Assembly: GCA_021800365.1 (NCBI GenBank)
Contig: JAJYZA010000001.1
Coordinates: 147,377-211,376 of the forward strand
Length of the DNA stretch: 64,000 nt
DNA from: Nanobdellota archaeon
Lineage (GTDB): Archaea; Nanobdellota; Nanobdellia; Parvarchaeales; Parvarchaeaceae
Direction of reading: 5' to 3'
Shown: one piece after another, positions 38,467 to 49,182 of the stretch
Layout: each line of letters opens with the position of its first letter
How positions within the stretch are numbered: the stretch's first letter is position 1
Program-made: the position numbers and the translations under genes
The notes under the pieces: generated by a model
What the model saw: the letters and a program-made list of their open reading frames with translations, nothing else
Databases searched by the model: none
What the model was told of the DNA's origin: nothing

Positions 38467-39213
38467 ATGGAAACAAAATTTATAGATATACATGCGCATC
38501 TCGCGGATAAAGCATTCGATGGAGGGAGAGAAGAACTGTGTTCTGAATTAAGCGATTTTATCGTGCTAAATGCTGGGGAGGGGCCTGAGGATAATTCTAA
38601 AGTTATTGATATCGGTGTTAAACATCCAAATATCCTACCTTGCATAGGCCTACATCCAAATGCACTATCTAGTCTTGGAAAAGTGGATATTGCTAGATCT
38701 GTTGATTATCTCGCTACGCATATAAATAGGGCTTTTGCGATATCTGAGATAGGCTTAGATTACAGAGGGAAGAGTGACAGAGAAAAAACATTGCAAAAAA
38801 ACGTATTGTCCGAGATATTTGAATTGACTGAGCTAAAAGAGAAAGTGTGTATAATACACAGTAGGAAAGCTATCGAGGATATTTTAAGCATGCTCCGCTC
38901 ATTTAAAATCAAGGCGATAATACATAATTTCGAAGGCAATCAAAATCAATACCTTAAGGCTGTGGAAGCTGGCGTATATATCAGTATATCTACTGGATTC
39001 ATTAAATACAAACGAGATAACCTAATTAAAAAAATCGATTTAAACAAACTATTCCTAGAAACGGATTCGCCCGTGCTTAGTCCGGATTCGAAAATAAACA
39101 CGCCCCTAAACATTCGTAAGGTATTAAATTATGTAGCAACATTACGGAGTATGAACGAGTCGGAATTAAAGGACATAATCTTCTCAAATTTTAAGGATGT
39201 TTTTTATGGCTGA
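38467..39213 (+). CDS. TatD-family metal-dependent hydrolase/DNase
   Basis: It has the N-terminal FIDIHAHL. The true start is the Met after the tRNA; the upstream extension reads through the tRNA. Confidence 0.65.
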   Translation: METKFIDIHAHLADKAFDGGREELCSELSDFIVLNAGEGPEDNSKVIDIGVKHPNILPCIGLHPNALSSLGKVDIARSVDYLATHINRAFAISEIGLDYRGKSDREKTLQKNVLSEIFELTELKEKVCIIHSRKAIEDILSMLRSFKIKAIIHNFEGNQNQYLKAVEAGVYISISTGFIKYKRDNLIKKIDLNKLFLETDSPVLSPDSKINTPLNIRKVLNYVATLRSMNESELKDIIFSNFKDVFYG

Positions 39214-40123
39214 AGCAGTTATACTTGGAACTTCATCGGCATTCCCTACAGAAACTAGGAACCATCCAGCAGTTTATATCAATGCAGGAGGAAAACATCT
39301 ATTGTTTGATTGCGGCGAGGGTACACAGAGACAGATAAGAATCGCCGACCTAAAACCATCGATAGACTACATCTTTATAACGCATTGGCATGGTGACCAT
39401 TCTTTGGGGGTCGGAGGCATACTCCAAAGCTTGAATATGATGAGGCGTTCTGAACCCGTCAACATAATCGGTCCGAGCGGAACCACAGCAAGTATAAAAC
39501 ACATCTTAAACACATATAAGTTCTATTCCAGACTGCCTATAAAAACACGCTCACTGGATCTTAAAAAGGAAATGTTAATAGCTGATTTGGGGCAGTATGC
39601 CATTTACGGGATAAATGTCAAGCATTCTGTAAAATGCATCGGATATCGCTTACAGGAGAAGGATAACATAAATATAAAAACGGAGCTGCTCAATAAATAT
39701 AAAATAAAACCTAGTCCGCTCTTGAAATCGCTAAAGGAAGGAAAGGACGTACGATACATGGGCAAAATCTTAAAAGCAAAAAAATTTACTTATTTAAAAA
39801 AGGGCACGGTACTAGTTTATTTAACTGATCTTGCCTATGAAAAATCGCTCGCTAAATTCGCTAGAAACGCCGATATTTTAATTATAGAGTCAACCTTTTC
39901 TTCCACACTCGAAGAAAAGGCGCGAGATGTGAATCACCTTACGGTTCTAGATGCTCTTACTATAGCTAAACAGGCAGATGCGAAGAAAGTCTACTTAGTG
40001 CATACCAGCCAAAGATATGAAGATTCTAAAACCATCGAAAATGAAATTATGAAATTAAAGAAAAAACTAAAGATTAACGCAGAGGTAAGCATCCCGAATG
40101 ATCTCTGCAGGATAGAATTTTAA
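39206..40123 (+). CDS. rnz: Ribonuclease Z (tRNA 3' endonuclease), metallo-beta-lactamase fold
   Basis: It has ITHWHGDHSLG (HxHxDH) and the N-terminal LGTSSAFPT. Confidence 0.7.
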   Translation: MAEAVILGTSSAFPTETRNHPAVYINAGGKHLLFDCGEGTQRQIRIADLKPSIDYIFITHWHGDHSLGVGGILQSLNMMRRSEPVNIIGPSGTTASIKHILNTYKFYSRLPIKTRSLDLKKEMLIADLGQYAIYGINVKHSVKCIGYRLQEKDNINIKTELLNKYKIKPSPLLKSLKEGKDVRYMGKILKAKKFTYLKKGTVLVYLTDLAYEKSLAKFARNADILIIESTFSSTLEEKARDVNHLTVLDALTIAKQADAKKVYLVHTSQRYEDSKTIENEIMKLKKKLKINAEVSIPNDLCRIEF

Positions 40124-40124
40124 C

Positions 40125-40496
40125 ATGAAAACTAAAGTAAAATGTCCAAAATGTGGTAAAAGTTTTATATATAATTTTATGCCGATGCTATCGTATACCA
40201 CAGTTAGACTCGGTCGCTATCGTTATATGCGCTGTCCGAAGTGCGGGAAATTCGGAATGTTTAATATAGTTAAAAATCTTAATGCGGCGGCATTACAAAA
40301 ACTTAATCTAATTGGTGTTGCTGTAGGCATCGCCATTTTGTTGGGTGGATTTGCAAACACGTTGGCTGCTTATTTTTTAAGCACCGCTGCACTATATCTA
40401 TCTGCGTTAGTGCTATATGCGTTTGGAATATTAACTTTAGTGATATTACATACGTTTAAGAAGGCGGTGCCTGGCAACAAAAGGTATTTAAATTAA
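40125..40496 (+). CDS. Zinc-ribbon (CPKCG x2) membrane protein
   Basis: It has CPKCGKSF...CPKCGKFG followed by two TM helices. Confidence 0.4.
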   Translation: MKTKVKCPKCGKSFIYNFMPMLSYTTVRLGRYRYMRCPKCGKFGMFNIVKNLNAAALQKLNLIGVAVGIAILLGGFANTLAAYFLSTAALYLSALVLYAFGILTLVILHTFKKAVPGNKRYLN

Positions 40497-40513
40497 AATC
40501 ATAGAAATGCTTT

Positions 40514-41542
40514 ATGAATTCGTTATCGATAAGTGTTATAGGCCCTTATAAGTCTGGCAAGTCTACGCTAGTTAATAAACTCCAGCAAAGAAAAGGAATG
40601 GAGGGGGACGTGTCTTTCTTTTCATTCAAATTTGGTGGGAAAAATATAACCCTCATAGACACACCTGGAGACATGGATGCGCCAACGCTTATAGCATCTG
40701 TACTGAGCGTATCTGATGCTGCTATTTTCTGTATCTCCCCAGACATCGGGATAAATTTTCAAGTCGGAGAACTCGTAATACTGGCTGATACGATTGGAAT
40801 AAAGCATGGCCTGATTTGTCTAACGAAAGCCGATATTTCCACTGCTTTAGAATTAGATAAACTTACAAAGAACTTAACCCAAATGCTTAAGGGCACTTCG
40901 CTTGAAAACTTTGAGATGATACCTGTCGATATAAATAATGAGCAGACTATAGCGGATATACGAGCGAAACTTTCCACTTTGGAATACGAACCAGTAAAAA
41001 TAAATAAACCGTTTAAATTACTAATTGACCATGCATTCGAATCGAAGGGGATGTCTATAGCAGTCGGAACTTTAGCCACCGGAAAGATCTCACTGCATAG
41101 CGATGGCGTTCTGGCGCCGGTACCATTTACAAAGGATATCTCAGTAAACGGAATACAGATAAACCAAGAAGATATGCAAACTGCAGAAGCTGGCGACAGA
41201 GTTGGCGTAGCAATAAAAGGTGTATGGCCGTGGGATTTACCGAGAGGAGTAGAAATAAGACAACCTAAAAGTTTTAAAGACATAAAATCGGGAAAAATAA
41301 AAATATATGTAAATAAACTTTACAAACAGGAGATACGTGATGGCGAAAAGTTCTCTTTGATATGTAATTGGCAGACACCGAAGCTAACGCTCTCGCAACC
41401 GCAAAAAGACGGCGTTGTAATTACAGCTTTGTTCGAAGCGGATAAAAATTTCTGCTTCGACTCGAATGACAAGCTAACCTTAATAAATGAGGATTTACCC
41501 ATAAGGGTATTAAGAATAGTAGGTAAAACGGAGATACTCTAA
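40514..41542 (+). CDS. EF-Tu/SelB-superfamily translational-type GTPase paralog, short (G domain + beta-barrel domain II)
   Basis: It has G1 GPYKSGKST, G3 DTPG and G4 TKAD, then an EF-Tu domain-2-like barrel (GTLATGKISLHSDG). It is only 342 aa. Confidence 0.55.
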   Translation: MNSLSISVIGPYKSGKSTLVNKLQQRKGMEGDVSFFSFKFGGKNITLIDTPGDMDAPTLIASVLSVSDAAIFCISPDIGINFQVGELVILADTIGIKHGLICLTKADISTALELDKLTKNLTQMLKGTSLENFEMIPVDINNEQTIADIRAKLSTLEYEPVKINKPFKLLIDHAFESKGMSIAVGTLATGKISLHSDGVLAPVPFTKDISVNGIQINQEDMQTAEAGDRVGVAIKGVWPWDLPRGVEIRQPKSFKDIKSGKIKIYVNKLYKQEIRDGEKFSLICNWQTPKLTLSQPQKDGVVITALFEADKNFCFDSNDKLTLINEDLPIRVLRIVGKTEIL

Positions 41543-41544
41543 AT

Positions 41545-42090
41545 ATGACTATACAGCATACTCTTATCTTAATAAAACCTGATGCGATAGAAAGAAAGCT
41601 AATAGGTGAAATTATAAGCTATTTTGAAAGAGCCGGATTTTCTATAATTAAATTAAAAAAAGGAAGAATGTCGCGTGAATTGGCGGTAAAGCAATATAGG
41701 GCGACGGAGTCTCAATTAACGGCTATGGGAAAGAGAACCTTGGAAGCGACAACGGCCAGCGGAGGTTTAGCCGAAGTAATGAAACGTTTCGGAACAACAG
41801 ACCCTTACAAGCTAGGGGAAAAGATAATTGAATGGACTCGAACGTTTATGACCTCTAGCGATATCATCGCCATGATACTTGAACGTGAAGATGCCGTATT
41901 AAAAGCGCGAGAGATTATAGGGAAAACCGATCCATCTGTAGCAGCCAAAGGATCTATACGTGGAGATTTCGGCGAAGATTCTTTACTAAAAGCAAATTTA
42001 GAAAAGCGACCTGTAAAAAACCTGGTGCATGCATCTGACGAAGAGGGTGCGAAGATAGAAACCTCCTTGTTTGAGAAAGAATTTTTCTAG
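41545..42090 (+). CDS. ndk: Nucleoside diphosphate kinase with internal insertion
   Basis: It has the N-terminal TLILIKPDAIERKLIGEIISYFERAGFSI and the later LVHASD active-site His region. Confidence 0.7.
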   Translation: MTIQHTLILIKPDAIERKLIGEIISYFERAGFSIIKLKKGRMSRELAVKQYRATESQLTAMGKRTLEATTASGGLAEVMKRFGTTDPYKLGEKIIEWTRTFMTSSDIIAMILEREDAVLKAREIIGKTDPSVAAKGSIRGDFGEDSLLKANLEKRPVKNLVHASDEEGAKIETSLFEKEFF

Positions 42091-42106
42091 CTTCAAATAG
42101 ATTAGT

Positions 42107-42619
42107 CTAACTGTCTCCCGCCTTCCAATTTACAGGACATGCCTTTCCGCTCTGAAGTCCCTTTAATGCCCGATAAGTTTCCTCTGTGTTTCTACCAAGA
42201 TAATTATCCGTAACTAGAAAATATTTTATAAGCCCATCTGGGTTAATTATTACGGTACTTCTCTGTATTTTTTTCTTAACCATATCGAAAATCCCAAATA
42301 TTTTTGCTATATTTCCAGTGCTATCCGAAACTAGAGGGAAATTAAGGTGCGAAAGATCTTTATTGGTATTAACTAATTTTTCATGATCCTGGACGGAGTC
42401 GGTACTTATCCCGAGAATATCTGCGTTATTACTGTCAAATCTCCCATACTCTTTGTTAAATTCTATTATTTCAGTTGGACAAACGGCTGAAAAATCGGCA
42501 ACATAAAACAATAAAACCAACCACTTCCCTTTAAAATCGATACTTTTCACAGTTTTTACGCCGGTTGCTGTATATGCAGTTCCTTCAAAATACGGTACTT
42601 CTTCATTTATATTTAGCAT
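42107..42619 (-). CDS. Peroxiredoxin (AhpC/TSA family)
   Basis: It has FSAVCPTEI (peroxidatic Cys motif) in a thioredoxin fold. Confidence 0.75.
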   Translation of the reverse strand: MLNINEEVPYFEGTAYTATGVKTVKSIDFKGKWLVLLFYVADFSAVCPTEIIEFNKEYGRFDSNNADILGISTDSVQDHEKLVNTNKDLSHLNFPLVSDSTGNIAKIFGIFDMVKKKIQRSTVIINPDGLIKYFLVTDNYLGRNTEETYRALKGLQSGKACPVNWKAGDS

Positions 42620-42675
42620 AACAGTATTAAGTCCCGCGCATTATTATGCTTTTCTATGAAATACACTTTGTCGTA

Positions 42676-43959
42676 TCAATATTCTATCGTATCGTATTTC
42701 TTAGGGATCTTAACGTTATAACCACGGGCTTCTAACATTTGCTTTAGGTGTGATTGCGAAGCCGGCTCTCCATGAACCAAATAGACGTCCGTTTTCTTAT
42801 CTGGGCATACAGTTTCTACTATCTTTATCAAGCCATTCATATCAGAATGCGCACTTAAGCTGACTTGTTTTATGTCTGCCCTTACTACCTTTTTAGATTT
42901 CACACCCCTATTAGAAAACTCCACATATCCTGTTTCTAATGCGGTTTTGATTGGAGAGTCGTTCGGCAAGAAACCACTTGGAATTATGAGTGTATAATTT
43001 TTGTTGTCGATAACTTCTTTTAAAACCTTTTTGCTAAATCCCCCATTACAGAAGCCGGAAGTTGAAACTACCACGGACTTAGATCCTTTATATCCATCTG
43101 GGAGAGTTACTTGCTCTTTAAGATTTGGAAAGTTAACGCCTCGGTAGGCAAGGTCTTTTATTTTCATGTAAGATGGTGAAACTATATAAAATGAATATTC
43201 GGGAAATTCTGGCTGTAGCTTATCCAGTAGAGAGCCCACCCTTTGTATCCGCTCGATAGCAAACGCAGGTATAAAAATATTTTTGCCTTTATCGAGGGCT
43301 TCCCTAACATAGTTTAAAAATAATGCCTCTTCCTTATTTATACCATCACGAATACGGTCCCCATATGTAGACTCGATTATTAACACATCGGGGTTTTTAG
43401 CTAATTTTTCTAGATCCGGAAACTCTCTATGTAAGTTTCCCTCTAAGTTTATATCTCCAGTATAAACAACCCTTTTATCTCCACACCTTGTTTCTATTAT
43501 AGAAGATCCTGGTATGTGGCCAGCGTTAAGTAATTTTACTTCAAATTCCCCAAGTTTAAGCGAATCATTATAATCTATCGGTATCCAATTTTGATTTACG
43601 TTTTCTATATCCTCTTTAGTAAAGCTGCGTGGATTTGGTTTTAATTGTGGATTCTCAAGTTGTTTGCGTTTTTCTATTTTCAATATATCTTCAAGTTGAT
43701 ACTTGCTTAGACGTTTAGTTGTTGCAGTTCCAACAAATCTGGTTTCTTTATTTAACCGGCTAGCATATCCCAAATTGCCTACGTGATCCAAATGGCCATG
43801 GGATACTACGACGTAATCAACTATTGGAAACGCCGTTGCTTCATCTTCTGCATTTTGTTTTATACCATAATCTAAACATAAAGTTTTGCCTTGATATTGT
43901 AATGTTATCCTAACGTTGCCAACTTCTTCAGTCCCGCCATAAAATTTTACCTTTACCAC
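42676..43959 (-). CDS. Beta-CASP metallo-beta-lactamase ribonuclease (RNase J / aCPSF2-like)
   Basis: It has VVVSHGHLDHVGNL (HxHxDH), and beta-CASP His/Asp downstream. 427 aa. Confidence 0.65.
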   Translation of the reverse strand: MVKVKFYGGTEEVGNVRITLQYQGKTLCLDYGIKQNAEDEATAFPIVDYVVVSHGHLDHVGNLGYASRLNKETRFVGTATTKRLSKYQLEDILKIEKRKQLENPQLKPNPRSFTKEDIENVNQNWIPIDYNDSLKLGEFEVKLLNAGHIPGSSIIETRCGDKRVVYTGDINLEGNLHREFPDLEKLAKNPDVLIIESTYGDRIRDGINKEEALFLNYVREALDKGKNIFIPAFAIERIQRVGSLLDKLQPEFPEYSFYIVSPSYMKIKDLAYRGVNFPNLKEQVTLPDGYKGSKSVVVSTSGFCNGGFSKKVLKEVIDNKNYTLIIPSGFLPNDSPIKTALETGYVEFSNRGVKSKKVVRADIKQVSLSAHSDMNGLIKIVETVCPDKKTDVYLVHGEPASQSHLKQMLEARGYNVKIPKKYDTIEY

Positions 43960-44115
43960 ATAACTTAGAGATGATAACTTGCATTTAAGCCTTTAAAAGT
44001 AATTAATAAGCTGAAATCCAGCGCGACGGAATGGCCCAAATAGCATTTGGAATACTGCCTTGTCTATTTTCCACATGCATCCTCTAACCGGTTCATGTCC
44101 CGTTCTGCATCCAAC

Positions 44116-44448
44116 CTAATCTGTCCCCTCATGATAAAGTTTGCCTTCCGATGCGTTTACCGTGACTGATTTCCCGTTCGCAGCTAGCCGTAACTTTTTA
44201 ACAAATTTGTCCCACGCCGGATCGGACCAAGCATGCTCTTTTTCTGCTATTTCAAAATTTCCTGAAGGAAAGCCACTTATTGAATTGCACTTTGCACAAT
44301 ACGTCGGCATAAAGGTTGTATAGTTGCCGCGTTTCAGAGGAACGTCTAATTCCACGCCGGCCAGCTCATATTCGTGCTTGCACGTTAAACCTGCTTTTTT
44401 ATTACTTCCTTTCACTAAACTCCTTTCCAGTTCACTTAACTTTTCCAT
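44116..44448 (-). CDS. Hypothetical protein
   Basis: Clean 110-aa ORF. No motif. Confidence 0.3.
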   Translation of the reverse strand: MEKLSELERSLVKGSNKKAGLTCKHEYELAGVELDVPLKRGNYTTFMPTYCAKCNSISGFPSGNFEIAEKEHAWSDPAWDKFVKKLRLAANGKSVTVNASEGKLYHEGTD

Positions 44449-44641
44449 AATCCCCCGCAGTCGAAATCAAGCGTTCCAACCAATAAAAAATAGGGGTTAA
44501 CTAGGTATTTAAGTATTGTTGAACTCTAGAAATTGTACTGAAACAACGTATTTATATAACAAAAAAGAGAATATTAAATTAATAGTCAGCTTCTTCACGC
44601 ATAACAACGATTATATATAAAATACTGTTAATCTATCCTTT

Positions 44642-46357
44642 ATGAGATCGCCTATATGCGCCTTCTTAGGGCATGTTGATGCAGGTAAGACAAGCATAAT
44701 GGATTCTATACGCAATACTTTTTTCGCTTATCGGGAAAGCGGAGGGCTTACCCAGAATATCGGCATTACTGAAGTTCCAACAAAACGCATAAAGGAAATT
44801 TCGTCAGACTTACTAGAGAAGTTTAAAGTCGATGTAAAAATGCCAAGTATAATTTTTATCGATTCGCCGGGGCATGAAGCATTTGTTACGTTAAGAGAGC
44901 GCGGTGCGTCTATAGCAGATTTAGCTATACTTACAATAGATATAAGGGAAGGCATCCAAAATCAGACGATAGAATCTATAGAGATATTAAAATCGTATAA
45001 AACGCCATTTTTAATCGCATTAACTAAGATTGACACGATACAGAGTTTTACTACTATGAAAAATGCCTCCTTCTTAGAATTAAACAACAAACAGGGGCGC
45101 GTATATCTTGAGTATTTAGATAAGCGGATATATGAGATTATTACAGATTTATCAAATTATGGATTCCAAGCTGAAAGATACGACCGTGTAAATGACTTTA
45201 CAAAAGAGGTGGCAGTAATCCCAGTTTCTGCAATAAACGGTATAGGTATAAAGGATTTAATGGTTATGATAATTGGTTTAAGTCAGAGATATATCGGTCT
45301 AGAAAAATCTTCTGGCAACGCAGCCGCCTTAATCGAAGAGAAAACGATAAAGGGGATAGGTGCCGCTTATGATGCGATAGTATATTCTGGCGAAATAAAA
45401 GTGGGGGATCGGATCGTAATGCAAACGAAGGATGGACCTGCGGAAAGTAAACTTAGAGGAATAATGAAACTAATCGCACTGGAAGAAAGCCGGGAGAACT
45501 TCGGAAAATATGAAAGCGTCAAATCCGCCTCTGAGGCTACTCCCGTAAGACTGCTTATACAGGATCCAATCGCAATGATAGGCACTTCCATAGAAGTTTT
45601 TACAAATGAAGAAGAGAAAAAACAACTTATGACTGAAATAGAAAAATCTAATTCGGGATATAATGATGATTCGGCAAAGGGTACCGTTGTGTGCGCAGAT
45701 TCGGTCGGTAGCCTCGACGCAATTAAGAAGATTGGCGCAACTAACAATATAAAAATAGGAAAAACAAAAATCGGGGAGCCTTCAAAAAGTGATATAATGA
45801 CGGGGAAAATAAACGGGGGCGCCGTATTGTGTTTTAACGTGTCGGTACAAAAAGCAATAGAGTCCCTAGCAAAATCAGAGGGTGTAACAATAATAGCTAC
45901 AAAATCTATATATGATCTATTTGAACGCTATTCTACTTTTATGCGAGAAACAAGCAAACAAGAGCTCGAAGCACAGACGGCAAATATAAAGTTACCTGCG
46001 AAGTTAGTTTTCTTGAGAGGTGATGTTTTCAGAAAATCGAACCCGTGTGTGTTCGGAATAGAGGTACTTGGTGGTGAGATAAGGCCGGGCTACCCATTAA
46101 TAAAGAAAAACGGAGAACGACTTGGAAGAATATTGGAAATCCAAGGCGATAAAAAGAAGTTAGAGTACGCAAAAATGGGTGATAAAGTCGCAATAAGCGT
46201 GGATTGTGCAATCTATGGAAGAAATCTAAAAGACGAAGAGATTCTTTACTCGGACATTGAAATTCAGGATATAATAAAAATAAATGATATACTAGAATTA
46301 CTGACGCCGGATTATCTAAGAGCACTAACAGAGATACAAAAGATTAAACATATTTAG
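44642..46357 (+). CDS. infB: Translation initiation factor aIF5B (IF2-like GTPase)
   Basis: It has ICAFLGHVDAGKTSIMDSIR, DSPGHEAF and TKID. Confidence 0.85.
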   Translation: MRSPICAFLGHVDAGKTSIMDSIRNTFFAYRESGGLTQNIGITEVPTKRIKEISSDLLEKFKVDVKMPSIIFIDSPGHEAFVTLRERGASIADLAILTIDIREGIQNQTIESIEILKSYKTPFLIALTKIDTIQSFTTMKNASFLELNNKQGRVYLEYLDKRIYEIITDLSNYGFQAERYDRVNDFTKEVAVIPVSAINGIGIKDLMVMIIGLSQRYIGLEKSSGNAAALIEEKTIKGIGAAYDAIVYSGEIKVGDRIVMQTKDGPAESKLRGIMKLIALEESRENFGKYESVKSASEATPVRLLIQDPIAMIGTSIEVFTNEEEKKQLMTEIEKSNSGYNDDSAKGTVVCADSVGSLDAIKKIGATNNIKIGKTKIGEPSKSDIMTGKINGGAVLCFNVSVQKAIESLAKSEGVTIIATKSIYDLFERYSTFMRETSKQELEAQTANIKLPAKLVFLRGDVFRKSNPCVFGIEVLGGEIRPGYPLIKKNGERLGRILEIQGDKKKLEYAKMGDKVAISVDCAIYGRNLKDEEILYSDIEIQDIIKINDILELLTPDYLRALTEIQKIKHI

Positions 46358-47559
46358 GTCGCTTTAATTCGTTTATTTGCTATTCGCGATATATATTTAT
46401 CGAATTTTGAACGCTGCCTTTCATCATCATAGATTGTGGAGGTCAACGCACCGCTCTTTAGTTTTAAGTATAATTTTTTATTGATTATTCTGTTGAGCGC
46501 TGCAGCGATACTGTTTATATTTGCGGTTACTAACAAGCCGTTCACGCCATTTTTCACAAATTCTTTTGGCCCACCCTCATTTACGGATATTACTGGTTTT
46601 CCGTAGGCCATCGACTCGAGCGGGACTAATCCCGTATCCTCATTTACCGATAAAAATAAAGTTGCGTAGCACTCGCTGTATAGCGCCTTAAGCTCATCGT
46701 CTTTCATATTTGTTTTTAGTATGATCCCATTTCCTTGGCCGGCAAGCGCTTTTATACGCTCAAAGTATCTTTTATCCTCGACAAATCCCCCCAAAACCAA
46801 TTTAAAGCCGAGCTTTGGCAACTCGGATGCTCTGAAAGCGCGTATTGCAAGGTCCTGCCTTTTATAAGGTATAAACCTGCTACTGTAGAAGATTAATTTT
46901 TTTGTTTTTGTTTTCTTAATCGACTTTGGATACCTTACTGCCGGCCCGATCACAAAGATCCTACTAGGCCTTATTAGTCCAGATTTCACTAGACGGAACT
47001 TTACTTCTTGACTGTAAACTAGGGCATAATTTATTCGCTTCCATGCTGCGCGTTCCAGCCACCTATATATCGGCACTAAGATCGGTAATAACAGTCGATA
47101 TCTTAAGGCACTTTTCCTATAGTAGTCATACATTGTATGCGCTACACGGAGCGGTGTATGTGAGAGCGCAACTGTATTGCGGTGTTTATTACGAAAGACT
47201 GAGAGTTCCGAAATGCCGGCTGTCGACACCACAAATACATCATAGCTGTTTAAATTTTTAATCCGACTTGTCAATAAATTAAAAAACAATTTTAATCCTT
47301 TTGTAACAAACTTACCTCCCTTTAAATTCCCTATTTTATAGATCTTGAAATTTTTAAACTCTTCAAAGGTGTTCTCTTCCTTGTACTCAAACGTATAGAC
47401 GTCTATGTCATATTTATCATCTTTTAATAATGTCAGAATGGCACGTTCTACGCCGCCTTTACTCTTAATCCAAGGAACAAGTATAGCTATCTTTAATCGC
47501 TTCTCCACAAAGATAAATTTGGAACTATGTATATTAATAACCGAAACTAAGTCATACAA
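46354..47559 (-). CDS. Glycosyltransferase family 4 (GT-B, group 1)
   Basis: It has the C-terminal EGGPKEFVKNGVNGLL (E-x7-E-like GT4 motif). Confidence 0.65.
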   Translation of the reverse strand: MYDLVSVINIHSSKFIFVEKRLKIAILVPWIKSKGGVERAILTLLKDDKYDIDVYTFEYKEENTFEEFKNFKIYKIGNLKGGKFVTKGLKLFFNLLTSRIKNLNSYDVFVVSTAGISELSVFRNKHRNTVALSHTPLRVAHTMYDYYRKSALRYRLLLPILVPIYRWLERAAWKRINYALVYSQEVKFRLVKSGLIRPSRIFVIGPAVRYPKSIKKTKTKKLIFYSSRFIPYKRQDLAIRAFRASELPKLGFKLVLGGFVEDKRYFERIKALAGQGNGIILKTNMKDDELKALYSECYATLFLSVNEDTGLVPLESMAYGKPVISVNEGGPKEFVKNGVNGLLVTANINSIAAALNRIINKKLYLKLKSGALTSTIYDDERQRSKFDKYISRIANKRIKAT

Positions 47560-47595
47560 AACTTAATCAAATCAACCGAAATCAGTTATTGCAGA

Positions 47596-48888
47596 TTACT
47601 TTTGCTCTTCTTTTTTCCTTACCAAATCAGTACAACGACCGGCGGCAATTGTAAGACCCATATCTCTTATTACAAAGCCGGCAAGCTGTGGTATAGCGTC
47701 TGCTTTTTCGATAGAAAGAGGTTTTAATGGCTCAAATACTACTATCGCTGCATCGCCCTGCTTTATTGTTGCAGGATTTTCTTCAAGTGTTGCGCCCGTC
47801 TTAGGATCCAATTTCTTTAGTATCTTCTTAAACTTAACCGGTACTTGTGCGGTGTGTGTATGAAGTACTGGGCTGTAGCCCGCAGATATTGCGGTTGGGT
47901 GTTGCAGTATAATTATCTGACCTGTGAATTCAGTGACTACTGTTGGAGGATTGGTGACTACTCCCGCCACGTCTCCTCTTTTTATTTGGTCCTTTTCGAC
48001 GCCTCTTACATTAAACCCTATGTTGTCTCCAGGCCCTGCCTGAGCTAAGTTTTGAAAGTGCATCTGAACGGATTTTACTTCACCACTTACGTGCGATGGT
48101 TCAAATATTATCTTGTCGCCCGGTTTTATTATTCCGCTTACTACTTTACCGACAGGAACCGTACCTACTCCCTGTATTGAATAGACGTCTTCTATGGGTA
48201 TTCTAAGAGGCAACGTTGTTGGCCTTTCCGGCAAAGGCATATTATTAAGTGCTTCAAGAAGAGTTGGTCCGGTATACCATGGCATTTTATCAGAAGCTTT
48301 TTTAGAAAGATCCACACCATCTTTTGAACATATAGGTATGTAATTAAACGACTCTGCGTTCGGGTAAGATACCTTCACCATGTCAACAATCTGTTTTTTT
48401 ACTGCGTCATACTTCGCTTTATCATAGCCCAAAAGGTCCATTTTATTGATAGCGATTATCAAGTTCTTTATACCAAAAACGCGTATTAGATAAGTGTGCT
48501 CACGAGTCTGTGCCATTATACCTTCCTTACCGTCAACGACCAAAACCGCTGCGTCCGCCTCCGAAGCACCGGTAATCATATTCTTTATGAAGTCAACGTG
48601 TCCAGGTGCGTCTATTATTGTAAATTCGTATTTATCCGTAACGAACTTTTGATGACTTAGATCTATAGTTACACCCTTCTTTCTTTCTTCTCCAGAGGTA
48701 TCTAAGAAGTAAGCAAATTCAAAGTCTACCTTTCCAAGTGTCTCTATTTCTTTCTGGATCTTTGACTTGTCCTGCTCGCTAAAGCTACCCGTTTCATAAA
48801 GTAACCTACCAACTGTAGTGGATTTTCCTGAGTCTACATGACCCACGAAAATTAGATTCATGTGCGGTTTCGTTTCTGCCATATTCAA
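47596..48888 (-). CDS. tuf: Elongation factor 1-alpha (aEF1A)
   Basis: It has NLIFVGHVDSGKST, DAPGH, NKMD and three-domain length. Confidence 0.95.
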   Translation of the reverse strand: MNMAETKPHMNLIFVGHVDSGKSTTVGRLLYETGSFSEQDKSKIQKEIETLGKVDFEFAYFLDTSGEERKKGVTIDLSHQKFVTDKYEFTIIDAPGHVDFIKNMITGASEADAAVLVVDGKEGIMAQTREHTYLIRVFGIKNLIIAINKMDLLGYDKAKYDAVKKQIVDMVKVSYPNAESFNYIPICSKDGVDLSKKASDKMPWYTGPTLLEALNNMPLPERPTTLPLRIPIEDVYSIQGVGTVPVGKVVSGIIKPGDKIIFEPSHVSGEVKSVQMHFQNLAQAGPGDNIGFNVRGVEKDQIKRGDVAGVVTNPPTVVTEFTGQIIILQHPTAISAGYSPVLHTHTAQVPVKFKKILKKLDPKTGATLEENPATIKQGDAAIVVFEPLKPLSIEKADAIPQLAGFVIRDMGLTIAAGRCTDLVRKKEEQK

Positions 48889-49182
48889 ATCACCTTTTTA
48901 TTATTTTAATTATAGTATAGAATAATCTTTCATTATTTAAAGCTTTTTGTTCTGGTGCGGCCAGACTTTAATTGGTTTTCATTGCTTGAATATTAGCAAA
49001 ATATGTTGGTAGAAGACATAAAAAGACCAATTATATTATTTGTTATGGTGCAGTCGCGAGCCATATTGTATGCTTTCAGATTGCTGGAATCTTGGGGATT
49101 CCAAGAGGTTGTGCCGAAATACGACGATATTTATACCAAACGGAGTTGATAATTTTAAATTGAGCCACTTCCTAATTAGTAT

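Noticed and set aside
48889-49182. 294-bp spacer between tuf and asnS, scanned for tRNA/5S
   Set aside because: Only a short 6-bp hairpin (GGAATC..GATTCC) was found and no cloverleaf. It is probably just divergent promoters.
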